Assembly: GCF_013167455.1 (NCBI RefSeq)
Contig: NZ_CP038328.1
Strand: one strand, 5' to 3'
Source of the DNA: Escherichia coli O157:H7
GTDB taxonomy: Bacteria; Pseudomonadota; Gammaproteobacteria; Enterobacterales; Enterobacteriaceae
Length of the DNA: 64,000 bases
This document shows positions 25,866 to 40,120 of the stretch, piece by piece (the stretch's first letter is position 1; the number at the start of each line of letters is the position of its first letter). A program made the position numbers and the translations under genes. Below the pieces are notes generated by a model that searched no databases, was not told the origin of the DNA, and saw nothing but the letters and a program-made list of their open reading frames with translations.

Positions 25866-27944
25866 ATGTCACAGACACTTGCACTCCATCCCGTGAAAAA
25901 GCGGGATGCGATTTTCCTTTGGGTTTTGCTGGGCTGGCTGGCATTTGTCCTGTTGCCGAGCTGGAGCCTCGATTATGGCCTGCTGGAATCCACGAGTGAT
26001 GAGATCCTCGGGGCGTACGGCTGGTCGCATTTTAATATCAGCTGGCTGTGGTATTTACTCCCGAGCCTGTTGCTGGTCCGCCCGTTTCGTCAGGCCACGC
26101 GCGAACAGCGTAGTCGTCATTATTTCGATGCCGGCTGGGCATTGCTCTGTATGGCGTTTATCGTCATCAGCGCCACCGTGGCTGGACGCGGTTTAGGCTA
26201 CGCCGCCATCGTGCTGTTTGTCGAACTAGGCGCGATTATGACGCTGGCCTTAACCCGCCTCGAATGGCTGGGCGGCGACCGCTTCGTGATCGGCTCACTG
26301 ATTGCGATTGTGGCGCTGATTGGCATTTTTATCGTCTGGCCGAGCATCGCCATTTTTATCCCGATGTTCACCAACGACGCGGGAGAGCTCGCCCCGCTGG
26401 CGTTTATGACCGTGCTCTCGCAGGCACATATTGTTCAGGTGATCGTCAACTCTATCGTCTTGTCGATAGCGGTGGGGATAGGCTGTGCTTTCTTCGGCCT
26501 GGTGCTGGCGATTTATACCACGCGCATCGCTAAACGCAGCGCCATTATTGGTCGCATCTTTTCCATTTTGCCCATCGTTACGCCACCGTTTGTGGTCGGC
26601 TTAGGCGTGACGCTCATGATGGGGCGTTCCGGCTATGTTACGGAATTTATGGTGGAGTGGTTTGGGCTGACCAACACCAACTGGCTGTACGGTTTTACCG
26701 GGATCTGGCTGGCACAGGTTCTGGCATTCACGCCAATGGCATTTATGATCCTCGACGGGGCCATTAAAACCATTCATCCCTCGCTGGAAGAGGCCTCCTA
26801 CACCCTGCGCGCCAGCCGCTGGCAAACCTTTAACGGCGTGTTTGTGCCGTTGTTGAAGCCCGCGCTCGCCAATGCCTTTTTAATCGTCGTGGTACAGTCA
26901 CTGGCTGATTTCAGTAACCCGCTGGTACTTGGCGGTAACTTCGACGTACTGGCGACGCAAATTTACTTCTATATTACCGGCTCGCAGCTGGATTATCAGG
27001 CCGCCAGCACCCTTGGCGCTTTCCTGCTGCTGTTCTCGCTGCTGGTGTTCTGCATACAGTATATGTGGATTGGTAAACGCTCTTACGTCACGGTTTCCGG
27101 CAAATCCTACCGTGGCGACGTCCAGCCGCTTCCGGTCACCCTGGTGTGGAGCGTGGTCGCCATACTTGCGATATGGATTGCCTTTAACGCCCTGCTCTAC
27201 GGCAGCATTTTCTACGGCAGCTTCACGGTGAACTGGGGCGTGGACTACACCCTGACGCTGGATAACTTTATCAAGCTATTTGGTCAGGGAATGAGCGACG
27301 GCGCGTGGCCTTCACTGCTGGATACCCTGCTCTACGCCGGGATTGCCGCTCCCATTACCGCTATCTTTGGCCTGCTCATCGCCTGGGTGGTGGTGCGTCA
27401 ACAATTCAAAGGCAAAAAGACCATCGAGTTCACCACCATGCTGTGCTTTGCCGTACCGGGTACGGTGGCGGGCGTTTCGTATATTCTTGCCTTTAACAGC
27501 GCTCCGGTTTATCTCACCGGAACGGCGGCAATTGTGATTATCTCGATGGTGATGCGTAACGTTCCGGTGGGTATTCGCGCCGGGATTGCAGGCCTGGGGC
27601 AGATCGACAAATCGCTGGATGAAGCCTCACTCAGCCTGCGCGCGGGTTCCTTGCGAACCATAACCCACATTTTACTGCCGCTGCTGCGTCCGGCCATTCT
27701 CTCGGCCCTGATCTACAGCTTTGTGCGGGCCATCACGACGGTCAGCGCCATCGTCTTTCTCGTCACGCCGGACACCCGCGTGGCAACCGCCTACATTCTT
27801 AACCGCGTTGAAGACGGCGAATATGGCGTAGCCATCGCCTATGGTTCGATTCTGATCGTGGTGATGCTGGCGATTATTTTCCTCTTTGACTGGCTGATCG
27901 GAGAAGCACGTATCTCCCGTTCTAAAGCCAAAAACCAGGCGTAA
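25866..27944 (+). CDS. AfuB-type ABC permease with two fused transmembrane domains (about 692 aa)
   Basis: Large polytopic protein typical of FbpB/AfuB-type permeases; ATG at 25866 preferred over the TTG-initiated listed ORF. Confidence 0.8.
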   Translation: MSQTLALHPVKKRDAIFLWVLLGWLAFVLLPSWSLDYGLLESTSDEILGAYGWSHFNISWLWYLLPSLLLVRPFRQATREQRSRHYFDAGWALLCMAFIVISATVAGRGLGYAAIVLFVELGAIMTLALTRLEWLGGDRFVIGSLIAIVALIGIFIVWPSIAIFIPMFTNDAGELAPLAFMTVLSQAHIVQVIVNSIVLSIAVGIGCAFFGLVLAIYTTRIAKRSAIIGRIFSILPIVTPPFVVGLGVTLMMGRSGYVTEFMVEWFGLTNTNWLYGFTGIWLAQVLAFTPMAFMILDGAIKTIHPSLEEASYTLRASRWQTFNGVFVPLLKPALANAFLIVVVQSLADFSNPLVLGGNFDVLATQIYFYITGSQLDYQAASTLGAFLLLFSLLVFCIQYMWIGKRSYVTVSGKSYRGDVQPLPVTLVWSVVAILAIWIAFNALLYGSIFYGSFTVNWGVDYTLTLDNFIKLFGQGMSDGAWPSLLDTLLYAGIAAPITAIFGLLIAWVVVRQQFKGKKTIEFTTMLCFAVPGTVAGVSYILAFNSAPVYLTGTAAIVIISMVMRNVPVGIRAGIAGLGQIDKSLDEASLSLRAGSLRTITHILLPLLRPAILSALIYSFVRAITTVSAIVFLVTPDTRVATAYILNRVEDGEYGVAIAYGSILIVVMLAIIFLFDWLIGEARISRSKAKNQA

Positions 27945-27955
27945 TGGAGCGCACT

Positions 27956-29002
27956 ATGAGTCAGAAAAATTTTGTGGAACTGCGCAACGTCACTAAACGA
28001 TTCGGCAGTAATACGGTTATCGACAATATCAATCTCACCATCCCACAAGGGCAAATGGTGACGCTGCTTGGCCCTTCCGGCTGCGGCAAAACCACCATTT
28101 TGCGTCTGGTTGCCGGGCTGGAAAAACCGAGTGAAGGGCAAATCTTTATTGATGGCGAAGATGTCACGCATCGTTCCATTCAGCAGCGCGATATCTGCAT
28201 GGTGTTTCAGTCATACGCTCTGTTCCCGCATATGTCGCTGGGCGAAAACGTCGGCTACGGGTTAAAGATGCTCGGCGTGTCGCGTAGCGAAGTAAAGCAG
28301 CGGGTGAAAGAGGCGCTGGCAATGGTGGATCTGGAAGGGTTCGAGGACCGCTATGTCGACCAGATTTCCGGTGGTCAGCAACAGCGCGTGGCGCTGGCCC
28401 GCGCGTTGATCCTCAAACCAAAGGTGCTGCTGTTTGATGAGCCGTTAAGTAACCTCGATGCCAACCTGCGCCGCAGCATGCGCGATAAGATCCGCGAGCT
28501 GCAAAAGCAGTTTAATATCACGTCGCTCTACGTGACTCACGATCAAAGTGAGGCCTTCGCGGTTTCCGACACTGTGCTGGTGATGAATAAAGGTCACATC
28601 ATGCAGATTGGCTCACCGCAGGATCTCTATCGTCAGCCAGCCTCCCGCTTTATGGCAAGTTTTATGGGCGACGCCAACCTGTTCCCGGCGAACTTTAGCG
28701 AAGAGTATGTCGATATCTACGGTTATCGCCTGCCGCGCGCGGCGCATTTCCCGGTGCAAGGTAGCGGCACCGTCGGCGTTCGCCCGGAAGCCATCACCTT
28801 AAGCAATCACGGCGAAGAGAGTCAGCGTTGTGTTATTCGCCATGTCGCCTACATGGGGCCGCAGTACGAAGTGACCGTAGAGTGGCATGGACAGGAGATT
28901 TTATTACAAGTAAACGCCACCCGTTTACAGCCCGATATTGGTGAGCACTATTACCTCGAAATCCATCCTTACGGGATGTTTGTTTTAGCGGATGCGGCAT
29001 AA
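27956..29002 (+). CDS. AfuC-type ABC ATP-binding protein (about 348 aa; alternative start 27944)
   Basis: Walker [10 protein letters not shown], signature [15 protein letters not shown], Walker B LLFDEP; GGAG RBS upstream of 27956. Confidence 0.85.
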   Translation: MSQKNFVELRNVTKRFGSNTVIDNINLTIPQGQMVTLLGPSGCGKTTILRLVAGLEKPSEGQIFIDGEDVTHRSIQQRDICMVFQSYALFPHMSLGENVGYGLKMLGVSRSEVKQRVKEALAMVDLEGFEDRYVDQISGGQQQRVALARALILKPKVLLFDEPLSNLDANLRRSMRDKIRELQKQFNITSLYVTHDQSEAFAVSDTVLVMNKGHIMQIGSPQDLYRQPASRFMASFMGDANLFPANFSEEYVDIYGYRLPRAAHFPVQGSGTVGVRPEAITLSNHGEESQRCVIRHVAYMGPQYEVTVEWHGQEILLQVNATRLQPDIGEHYYLEIHPYGMFVLADAA

Positions 29003-29084
29003 AAATAGCACATAAACGGTCCCCATCTGTCTTGAGGGACCGTTCACCTGGTTAGGCTTCGGACAACAATTATTCTCCATTGTT

Positions 29085-29137
29085 ATATACTATAGGGGGG
29101 TATGCATTGACATATAGCATACCCCCCTATAGTATAT
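29085..29137 (+). promoter_or_regulatory. frmR operator/promoter: perfect 21-bp inverted repeat ATATACTATAGGGGGGTATGC ... GCATACCCCCCTATAGTATAT around an 11-bp spacer containing TTGACA
   Basis: Palindrome verified base by base; lies about 25 bp upstream of the frmR start. Confidence 0.7.
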
Positions 29138-29161
29138 TGCGTGCAGATGATGAGGTGCGAA

Positions 29162-29437
29162 ATGCCCAGTACTCCGGAAGAGAAGAAAAAGGTCCTTACT
29201 CGAGTTCGTCGTATTCGAGGGCAGATTGATGCTCTGGAACGGTCGCTGGAGGGTGATGCCGAATGCCGTGCCATACTCCAACAGATCGCTGCCGTTCGGG
29301 GCGCGGCTAATGGGCTGATGGCAGAAGTGCTTGAAAGCCATATCCGGGAAACGTTTGACCGAAATGACTGCTACAGCCGCGAAGTCAGCCAATCCGTTGA
29401 CGACACTATTGAACTGGTTCGTGCCTATCTTAAATAG
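29162..29437 (+). CDS. frmR: Formaldehyde-responsive repressor FrmR (RcnR/CsoR family), 91 aa
   Basis: [30 protein letters not shown]...; listed ORF is 7 codons longer. Confidence 0.9.
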
Positions 29438-29441
29438 CTGA

Positions 29442-30581
<1,140 letters not shown>

Positions 30582-30673
30582 TTTCCCGCTGGTTTACCCC
30601 GTCCACTTCAGACGGGGTTCTTAATACTCTCTCCGGGCAGCCGTCCGGGGGATTAACCGTGAGATAATGACTG

Positions 30674-31507
30674 ATGGAACTCATTGAAAAACATGCCAGC
30701 TTTGGCGGCTGGCAAAATGTGTATCGGCATTATTCCGCATCACTGAAATGTGAAATGAATGTCGGCGTCTATCTCCCACCAAAAGCTGCAGGTGAAAAAT
30801 TACCGGTGCTGTACTGGCTTTCGGGCCTGACCTGCAATGAGCAGAATTTCATTACTAAATCGGGGGTGCAGCGTTACGCGGCTGAGCACAACATTATTGT
30901 TGTTGCGCCGGACACCAGTCCGCGAGGCAGTCATGTCGCAGATGCCGACCGTTACGATCTCGGGCAAGGTGCCGGGTTTTACCTGAACGCGACGCAAGCG
31001 CCGTGGAATGAACATTACAAAATGTATGACTATATCCGCAACGAGCTGCCGGATTTAGTGATGAATCATTTTCCGGCAACGGCCAAAAAGTCTATCTCTG
31101 GTCATTCTATGGGCGGACTGGGCGCGCTGGTGCTGGCGTTACGTAACCCAGATGAATATGTCAGCGTCTCGGCGTTTTCGCCCATTGTCTCCCCATCGCA
31201 AGTACCGTGGGGACAGCAAGCCTTTGCCGCATATCTTGGTGAAAATAAAGAGGCCTGGTTGGATTACCATCCGGTGAGTCTTATTTCACAAGGTCAACGC
31301 GTTGCGGAAATCATGGTTGATCAGGGGTTGAGTGATGATTTTTACGCGGAACAGCTGCGGACTCAAAATCTTGAAAAGATCTGCCAGGAGATGAATATCA
31401 AAACGTTAATCCGTTATCACGAGGGTTACGACCACAGCTATTATTTTGTCTCCAGTTTTATTGGCGAGCATATTGCCTACCACGCCAATAAACTGAATAT
31501 GCGTTGA
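30674..31507 (+). CDS. frmB: S-formylglutathione hydrolase (esterase D family)
   Basis: 277 aa with GHSMGG nucleophile elbow. Confidence 0.9.
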   Translation: MELIEKHASFGGWQNVYRHYSASLKCEMNVGVYLPPKAAGEKLPVLYWLSGLTCNEQNFITKSGVQRYAAEHNIIVVAPDTSPRGSHVADADRYDLGQGAGFYLNATQAPWNEHYKMYDYIRNELPDLVMNHFPATAKKSISGHSMGGLGALVLALRNPDEYVSVSAFSPIVSPSQVPWGQQAFAAYLGENKEAWLDYHPVSLISQGQRVAEIMVDQGLSDDFYAEQLRTQNLEKICQEMNIKTLIRYHEGYDHSYYFVSSFIGEHIAYHANKLNMR

Positions 31508-31516
31508 TAATAGTGC

Positions 31517-31620
31517 ACGACTGCCGGATGCGGCGTGAACGCCTTATCCGCCTACATTTCGCCCGCAGGCCGTAGGCATGATAAGACGCGCATAGCGTCG
31601 CATCAGGCATCTGCGCACGA
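31517..31620. repeat. REP-type palindromic elements downstream of frmB
   Basis: GCCGGATGCGGCGTGAACGCCTTATCCG and GGCATGATAAGACGCG...GCATCAGGC motifs read directly. Confidence 0.75.
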
Positions 31621-31631
31621 CTTATCTATGT

Positions 31632-32171
31632 TTACCACATCAAATCATCAGGCACTTTGAAGTCGGCATACGGGTCGTCTTCATCCTGCTCTTCGGCACT
31701 GAGCGCGCTGTGCAACACAATACTGCTGGCATCACGCTGAGCAATTTTATCGGCAACGCTGGCGGGAATAATGGCGTATTCACCTTCGCTATTGTTATCG
31801 ACCAACAAGCGGGCAATCGCCAGACGACCATTAATCAACTGCGCCTGTGTGAGCTTATCGACAAAAATCTTCTTAATCAGATTGCCATCAGTGAAGTTAA
31901 AACCAATATCGCCATTGGCAATGGTGATCCGGTTCATTTCAATAAGCTGCTTCACCTGAGCTTTATATTCTTTCGCCAACGCCGCTTGTTTTTGCTGTTC
32001 GCTAAGCTGTTTATCACGCTCAAGCTGTGCCTTTTTATTTTCTTCTACCGCCGCCCGAGCTTCACGCGCCTGAACGCGCGATTTTTTCGCCGTTCTCTCG
32101 ACCTTCGCCGCTTTTTTGCTGGTGACTAATCCTGCTTTGAGCAACTGCTCTTGTAAGGTAAGTTTTGCCAT
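31632..32171 (-). CDS. yaiL: YaiL (DUF2058-like basic, K/A/E-rich protein), 179 aa; start at MAKLTLQEQ preferred
   Basis: Translation matches remembered YaiL; listed ORF has a 39-codon upstream extension. Confidence 0.75.
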   Translation of the reverse strand: MAKLTLQEQLLKAGLVTSKKAAKVERTAKKSRVQAREARAAVEENKKAQLERDKQLSEQQKQAALAKEYKAQVKQLIEMNRITIANGDIGFNFTDGNLIKKIFVDKLTQAQLINGRLAIARLLVDNNSEGEYAIIPASVADKIAQRDASSIVLHSALSAEEQDEDDPYADFKVPDDLMW

Positions 32172-32272
32172 CTTTGTTTCCAAACCCGCTGAATAATTTT
32201 TAGCGAGTATACCTGTAAACGCCGTGGGTGTATTGGGGGCAAGTCCCTTTCGCCCCTGCTTAATAAGGCGCG

Positions 32273-33484
32273 TCAGGCATCGGCACACGGCTGCATTCTT
32301 AATCTCCGACTCATCAAAATAAACACCGCCAACCCAGCAACAAGAATACCCGGTGCAGAAGCGGCCATTACGCCGACCGTGCCAGTGCCTAATGCCAGCA
32401 TTTTCCCGGCCAGTAACGGACCGCTCATAGCCCCCAGACGCCCTACCGCCACGGCTGTTCCCACACCTGTTGCGCGGATCTGCGAACTGTAAAACAACGG
32501 TGCCAGGGCATACAAAACGCTTTGCCCACCTGTCGCAAACAACCCCGCGACAAATCCCGCCAGCAACATACCGTTAAATGACGACACCGTTCCAAGCGCC
32601 AGCAGCGAAGCTAACATGCCGCTATAAATCAGTAGCGACATGGTTACTGGACGCAGCTTATCCATCAATGCGCCCAACATTAACGTCCCGCTCGCCGCAC
32701 CCATTTGCAGTGCAAACATCACCCCTGCCGCCTGCGATGGCTGGAATCCTTGCTCCACCAAAAGCAGCGGTAGCCAGTTGATCAACATGTAAACCACCAG
32801 CAGAGTGAAGAAATAACACAGCCACAGCAGCAGCGTCGCGGTTGCCGTTTCTGGCGCAAATAACGCACGCAGTGGTGGCGCAGCCTGTTTTTCGCCAGCG
32901 AAAACCGCCGACTCCGGCAGCCAGCGCATTAATAGCGGCACCAGAATCAACGGCACCACACCACCTACCCAAAACACCGTTTGCCATGCTAAGTTTGCCC
33001 CCGCGAAACCCAGTGTCGCCGCCAGCGCCGCGCCAATGGGAACACCGCAATACATCAGGCTCACTGCCGTCCCACGAAAACGTGGACCCGCGGCTTCAGA
33101 CGTCAGGGCGATAAGATTCGGCAACGCCGCCCCCAGCCCGACACCGGTCATCAGCCGCGCAAAGACCAGTGAGGGGAAATCCCAGGCAATCGCCGTTGCC
33201 AGCGAGAACAAACCAAACAGCGCAACTGAGCCAATCAAAATGCGCTTGCGACCATAACGGTCCGCCAGCATTCCGCCAACCAACGCGCCGGGTAGTAAAC
33301 CGAGTATTCCGGCGCTGAATATCCAGCCCATTTGCATTTTATCGAGTGCGAAAGCCTGGGCGATGCCACCCGCCGCAATGCCAGCCGCCTGAAGATCCAG
33401 CCCTTCCATCAGAGCGACCAAAAAACAAAGCCCGATGGTCAGCATCAGGCGGGATGAAGATGATGAAGGGGTACGAGTCGACAT
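32273..33484 (-). CDS. mhpT: 3-(3-hydroxyphenyl)propionate MFS transporter (403 aa; start at MSTRTPSSSS)
   Basis: 12-TM MFS protein at the end of the mhp cluster. Confidence 0.85.
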   Translation of the reverse strand: MSTRTPSSSSSRLMLTIGLCFLVALMEGLDLQAAGIAAGGIAQAFALDKMQMGWIFSAGILGLLPGALVGGMLADRYGRKRILIGSVALFGLFSLATAIAWDFPSLVFARLMTGVGLGAALPNLIALTSEAAGPRFRGTAVSLMYCGVPIGAALAATLGFAGANLAWQTVFWVGGVVPLILVPLLMRWLPESAVFAGEKQAAPPLRALFAPETATATLLLWLCYFFTLLVVYMLINWLPLLLVEQGFQPSQAAGVMFALQMGAASGTLMLGALMDKLRPVTMSLLIYSGMLASLLALGTVSSFNGMLLAGFVAGLFATGGQSVLYALAPLFYSSQIRATGVGTAVAVGRLGAMSGPLLAGKMLALGTGTVGVMAASAPGILVAGLAVFILMSRRLRMQPCADA

Positions 33485-33555
33485 AAGATGAACCTCATTG
33501 CGTGTGCAGGTGAATCGCGACTGATACATTGCCAGCCGCGTAATCAGAACTATTT

Positions 33556-33625
33556 AATGACTGCCTACGGGCGAAATGTAGACCGGATAAGGCGTTCACG
33601 CCGCATCCGGCAGTCGTGCTGGGAT
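33556..33625. repeat. REP-type element between mhpE and mhpT; reverse complement of the element at about 31517-31565
   Basis: CGGGCGAAATGTAGACCGGATAAGGCGTTCACGCCGCATCCGGCAGTC read directly. Confidence 0.75.
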
Positions 33626-33659
33626 GGGCATACAAAATGCACGTTCTCGGCAGTCAATA

Positions 33660-34669
33660 TTATTTGTTGTTGCGCAGATCCAGCGCCACGTCGACGATCA
33701 TATCCTCCTGGCCGCCAACCATCCGGCGTTTGCCCAGCTCAACGAGAATATCCACCGCGCTTAAGCCATAACGCGCCGCCGCCGTTTCACAGTGACGCAG
33801 GAAGCTGGAGTAAACACCAGCGTATCCCAGCGCCAGCGTTTCGCGATCGACTCGTACCGGTCGATCCTGCAACGGACGCACCAGGTCGTCAGCAGCATCC
33901 ATTAACGCATAGAGATCGGCCCCATGCTGCCAACCCAGTTTATCCACGGCGGCAATAAATACTTCCAGCGGCGCGTTACCTGCGCCCGCTCCCATTCCCG
34001 CGAGGCTGGCGTCGATTCGGTCGCAGCCCTCTTCCACCGCCGCGATAGAGTTCGCCACGCCAAGACTCAGGTTATGGTGAGCGTGCATGCCGGTTTGCGT
34101 TTCTGGTTTCAGCACTGCTTTCAGGGCGCGGAAACGGTCACGGATATCGCTCATGTTCATCGCACCGCCAGAATCCACCACATAAATACAGGTCGCACCG
34201 TAGCCTTCCATCAGCTTTGCCTGCTTTGCGAGATTCTCCGGCGTGGTCATATGGCTCATCATCAGAAAACCAACGGTGTCCATTCCGAGCTCGCGGGCAT
34301 ACTGAATATGCTGGGCGGAAACATCAGCTTCGGTACAGTGCGTAGCCACACGAACCACCCGCGCGCCAGCCTGCCAGGCATTTTTCAGATCGTGAATAGT
34401 GCCGATTCCTGGCAGCAACAACGTCGCGATTTTGGCGTGCTTCACCACATCCGCCGCTGCTTCAATCCATTCAAGGTCGCTATGTGCGCCGAAACCATAG
34501 TTAAAGCTGGACCCCTGCAAACCGTCGCCGTGGGCCACTTCAATCGAATCCACGCGGGCATCGTCCAGTGCTTTGGCAATCTGGCGAACGTTTTCCAGCG
34601 AATACTGATGACGAATGGCGTGCATACCGTCACGCAACGTGACGTCCGAGATATAAAGTTTTTTACCGT

Positions 34670-34673
<4 letters not shown>
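33660..34673 (-). CDS. mhpE: 4-hydroxy-2-oxovalerate aldolase
   Basis: 337 aa, recognised MhpE sequence. Confidence 0.95.
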
Positions 34674-36435
<1,762 letters not shown>

Positions 36436-37302
36436 TTAAGCACGTGCGAGGAAATTCAGCACCAGTTGATTGAAAGCGTCGGCATGTTCCCACTGCGCCC
36501 AATGCCCACAGTCGCGGAAGATATGCAGTTCAGAACCGGCAATGCCGGACAGCAGACGCAGACCCGCATCCATCGGCACAAAGCGGTCGTTGCGCCCCCA
36601 GACAATCAGGGTTTGCGCTTTGATTTCCGCCAGACGTGGGCCAAAATCCGGGAACTGTTTCGGATTAGCTTCCAGGCTCTTAACGAAGTTTTCCAGGTGA
36701 TCGCGGCGCGACAGCATATTATTCAGGCGCGCTTCAAACAGGGCGTCGGTCAAATCGCTGGTATCAAAAACGAAGATATCCATCATCAGCTTCAGGTTTT
36801 CGATAGTCGGCTGACGATAAAGCTGATTCAGTCGCTTAATACCTTCGGTTGGCATCGGCGTAAACAAACTCATGCCGCCCGTACCGCCGCCCATCAGCAC
36901 CAGTTTGCCGACGCGCTCCGGCCAGTTAAGGGTGAACGCCACAGAACTATGGCCACCCATCGAGTTGCCCAGCAGGTGGATTTTGGCGATATCCAGTTGA
37001 TCCACCACGCTTTTCAGGATTCGTGCATTAAGATCCGATCGCGAACCACTATTAACGATCGAATCGCTCTTGCCCCAACCCGGACAATCCAGCAGGATCA
37101 CCCGATAGCCCGCCTCTACCAGCGGATCGATATTGCGGCTGAAGTTCGCCCAGCCAGTAGCACCCGGGCCGGAACCATGCAGCAGGACAACGGTTTCGTC
37201 GCCTTGTCCGCAGTCATTAAAATGGATGCGCAGCGTTTTACCCGCTTCTTCTACATTCAGAAAACGGCTGGTGGCGGCTTCGGTTTGTGGCTGATAACTC
37301 AT
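36436..37302 (-). CDS. mhpC: 2-hydroxy-6-oxononadienedioate hydrolase (alpha/beta hydrolase), 288 aa; start at [10 protein letters not shown]
   Basis: GNSMGG nucleophile elbow; the longer listed ORF would overlap mhpB. Confidence 0.9.
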
Positions 37303-37319
37303 CATCTTCTCCTGCATAT

Positions 37320-38264
37320 TCAGTTCTCTGTTCTGGCGCTTAACGAGCCAAATCCGGCAATCCACTCCGGGATTGGGCGGTAATAACGCCCTTCGCTACG
37401 CCAGTTGCCAAATGCAGAAATAGCGGCAAAAGCGGCGACCCAGGTTTTGATTTCATGTGTCGACTTTCCGGCAATGGCGGAAAGCTCTTCGTTACTGACG
37501 GCATCCAGTTCCTGTATGCGTCCCTGCTCCAGCAAAGTCATGAACTGGTTATCCCAAATCGGGTTGAGCGGATGCAGAGTTCTCTGATCCTCAACAAACT
37601 TCTCAGCGGCGCTAATCACCCGTTGCTGACGCAATTCGCGCTCACTGGCGGGTAAATCTTTCCCGCTCCCCAACAGGCGGTCGCGCATATGGGCATCGGC
37701 TTTCGCCAGTTCGGGCACCGGCGGCTGATGGGAAAGCCCACCGGAACCTAGGAACAGCACGCGTTTATTGAGAGTGCTGGTGAAACGTCCAATGGCTTCA
37801 CCCAACATGCGGGTACGCTGGAAACCGGGCAGCGGCGTGGCGACACCGTTGATGAACACAGGCAGAACTGGCACCTTATCCAGCCCACCGAGCAGGAACT
37901 CCAGCGGCTGGGCGAACCCGTGGTCCACCTGCATACAGTAAGAAACGGCAAGATCGATCCCGCTCTTCATGACGGCATGCGCACAGGCCTCCGCCAGCTC
38001 CACAGGCACGGGCAGCTCTCCTGCCGCACTGCCGAAATCACCAATTGCCGTCGCTCCAACGCCTAAACAGAACGGTGGCATCACGTCATAGAAAAAGCCG
38101 TTGTAGTGATCTGGCGCAAACAGCACCACCAGTTCAGGGGAGAAAGCCGCAATACGCTCGCGGGCGCTGGCAATCACGCCATTGACCTCATCGAGTACCT
38201 CTTGTGCCGGGTCGACATACCCCACCAGCGGCGAGTGGGAAAGACAATGAAGATAAGCGTGCAT
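37320..38264 (-). CDS. mhpB: 2,3-dihydroxyphenylpropionate 1,2-dioxygenase (extradiol)
   Basis: 314 aa, recognised MhpB sequence. Confidence 0.9.
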
Positions 38265-38265
38265 A

Positions 38266-39930
38266 TCAGGCTACCTTTTCGACAGAAACGTCGGCATCAG
38301 GGCGGGTCAGCGTCATCACCGACGCCAGTTTATTCAGGGTCTTGCCCAGTGTTTGCGGAATGGCGGTGGCGGCAACAAAGCGATCCGGGCGCATCACCAC
38401 CAGCGAAGCATTGTGTTGCGCGAACCAGCTACGCAGGCGACCTTGCGTATCCCCCACGCGTAGTACGCCGTCGTGGTTATCCTGTGCGGTATGAATTTGC
38501 ACTTCCGGCACCACCTGAATGAAGCGTGTGCTCAACGCGCGCCACTGCTGGATTTGCTCGTCGCTCATCCCCCACAGTGGATTGCATCCCCAGCCAATTA
38601 CCGCGAAGTTCGCGCCGATCGCGTTATCGAGCAGCGTCACGTCGCCGTTTTCCAGCGTGACTTTCGGCTGAATAAACATCTTGCCGACCGGAGAGTGCTT
38701 CGCTTCGCCCTCACGCACCAGCGCACCGCCGTAATATTGCGGCATCGGCTTGAAGCGCATTTCGAGGAAGTAGCGTTTTACTGGCGGCAGATAATTCAGC
38801 AGCCAGGAAACGCCGTCACGTAACGTACCCTGCCAGCGTTTCGGCGGAGCCAGCACGTTGCCCGCCGTCACGGACAGGTCAATCATCGCTTTGGCGTGAT
38901 CGCGACGTTCTTGTTGATAGGTATCGAGCAGCGCATCGCGGGCTTTCCCCTGGATAACCAACGCCAGTTTCCATGCGAGGTTAAAGGCGTCGCGCATACC
39001 ACTGTTATAGCCCTGCCCCTGCCATACCGGCATGATGTGCGCGGCATCGCCCGCCAGCAGTACGCGATCAATACGGAAACGTTGCGCCAGTCGCGCGTTG
39101 TGGGTGTAGACACGCTGGCGAATCAATTCAACATTGTCCGGATTAGGCAGCACTTTGCTTAACAGCTTGCGCATATTTTGCGGCTCACGCAGCTGTTCTT
39201 CGGTTTCTCCCGGCATCACCATAAATTCAAAGCGACGTACCGCATGAGGTAGCGCGGCAGAAACATACGGGCGCACCGGATCGCAACACAAATAGATATG
39301 CGGCGTACTTAACGGATCGTTGGCGATATCTACCACAATCCACTGATTTGGCGCAGTTTTACCTTCAAACGGCACATTCAGGGTGCGACGGACAAAACTT
39401 GCCCCACCATCACAGGCCACCAGCCACTGGGCTTTGACTATTTCCCGCAGCCCTTCTGCCGTTTTCAGGTGCAAGGTCACTTCGTCATCTTGCTGACTGA
39501 AGGCCTCCAGCTCGCGGGAAAACAAGCAGCGCACATTCGGAAAACGCGACACCCCTTCCAGCATCACCGCATCGACCTGCGGCTGAATAAAGGCGTTACG
39601 GCGCGGCCAGCCAAATTCATCGGTCATTGGCTGAATATCAGCAAAACAGCGGCCCTTCGGGGTGAGAAAACGCATCGCGTGCCACGGCGTAGTATGCGGC
39701 AGAACATTATCGACCAGGCCGACCGACTGCATGGTGCGCAGCGCCTCGTCATCAATACCAATCGCACGCGGGTAGTCGATCAACTTATCGAGTTTCTCCA
39801 CCACCAGCACGTCAATGCCCATCTGGCCGAGATAGTTCGCCATCATCAGCCCGACCGGACCGGCACCAGCGATCGCCACCTGAACGCTATGGTTAACAGC
39901 AGGCTGGATGTCAGGGTGTTGTATTGCCAT
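38266..39930 (-). CDS. mhpA: 3-(3-hydroxyphenyl)propionate hydroxylase (FAD monooxygenase)
   Basis: 554 aa with GAGPVG FAD-binding motif. Confidence 0.9.
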   Translation of the reverse strand: MAIQHPDIQPAVNHSVQVAIAGAGPVGLMMANYLGQMGIDVLVVEKLDKLIDYPRAIGIDDEALRTMQSVGLVDNVLPHTTPWHAMRFLTPKGRCFADIQPMTDEFGWPRRNAFIQPQVDAVMLEGVSRFPNVRCLFSRELEAFSQQDDEVTLHLKTAEGLREIVKAQWLVACDGGASFVRRTLNVPFEGKTAPNQWIVVDIANDPLSTPHIYLCCDPVRPYVSAALPHAVRRFEFMVMPGETEEQLREPQNMRKLLSKVLPNPDNVELIRQRVYTHNARLAQRFRIDRVLLAGDAAHIMPVWQGQGYNSGMRDAFNLAWKLALVIQGKARDALLDTYQQERRDHAKAMIDLSVTAGNVLAPPKRWQGTLRDGVSWLLNYLPPVKRYFLEMRFKPMPQYYGGALVREGEAKHSPVGKMFIQPKVTLENGDVTLLDNAIGANFAVIGWGCNPLWGMSDEQIQQWRALSTRFIQVVPEVQIHTAQDNHDGVLRVGDTQGRLRSWFAQHNASLVVMRPDRFVAATAIPQTLGKTLNKLASVMTLTRPDADVSVEKVA

Positions 39931-40071
39931 TTCAGTACCTCACGACTCGGACAAAATGCCGTTGCGCGCACAGTACAGCGCAACTTATTTTGTTAAAAAT
40001 ATGTAAATGATTTTTTATTGTGCGCTCAGTATAGAAAGGGTGTTTTCGGCTACAATCAAAACATGCCCGAA

Positions 40072-40088
40072 TGTGCACCAGGTGCACA
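40072..40088. promoter_or_regulatory. Near-perfect palindrome TGTGCACCAGGTGCACA in the mhpR-mhpA divergent region, a candidate MhpR/IclR-type operator
   Basis: Read directly; a second inverted repeat GTTGCGCGCACAGTACAGCGCAAC lies at about 39961-39984. Confidence 0.35.
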
Positions 40089-40120
40089 ACGTTGTTTTAA
40101 CTATAGAAATGTCAATTAAT

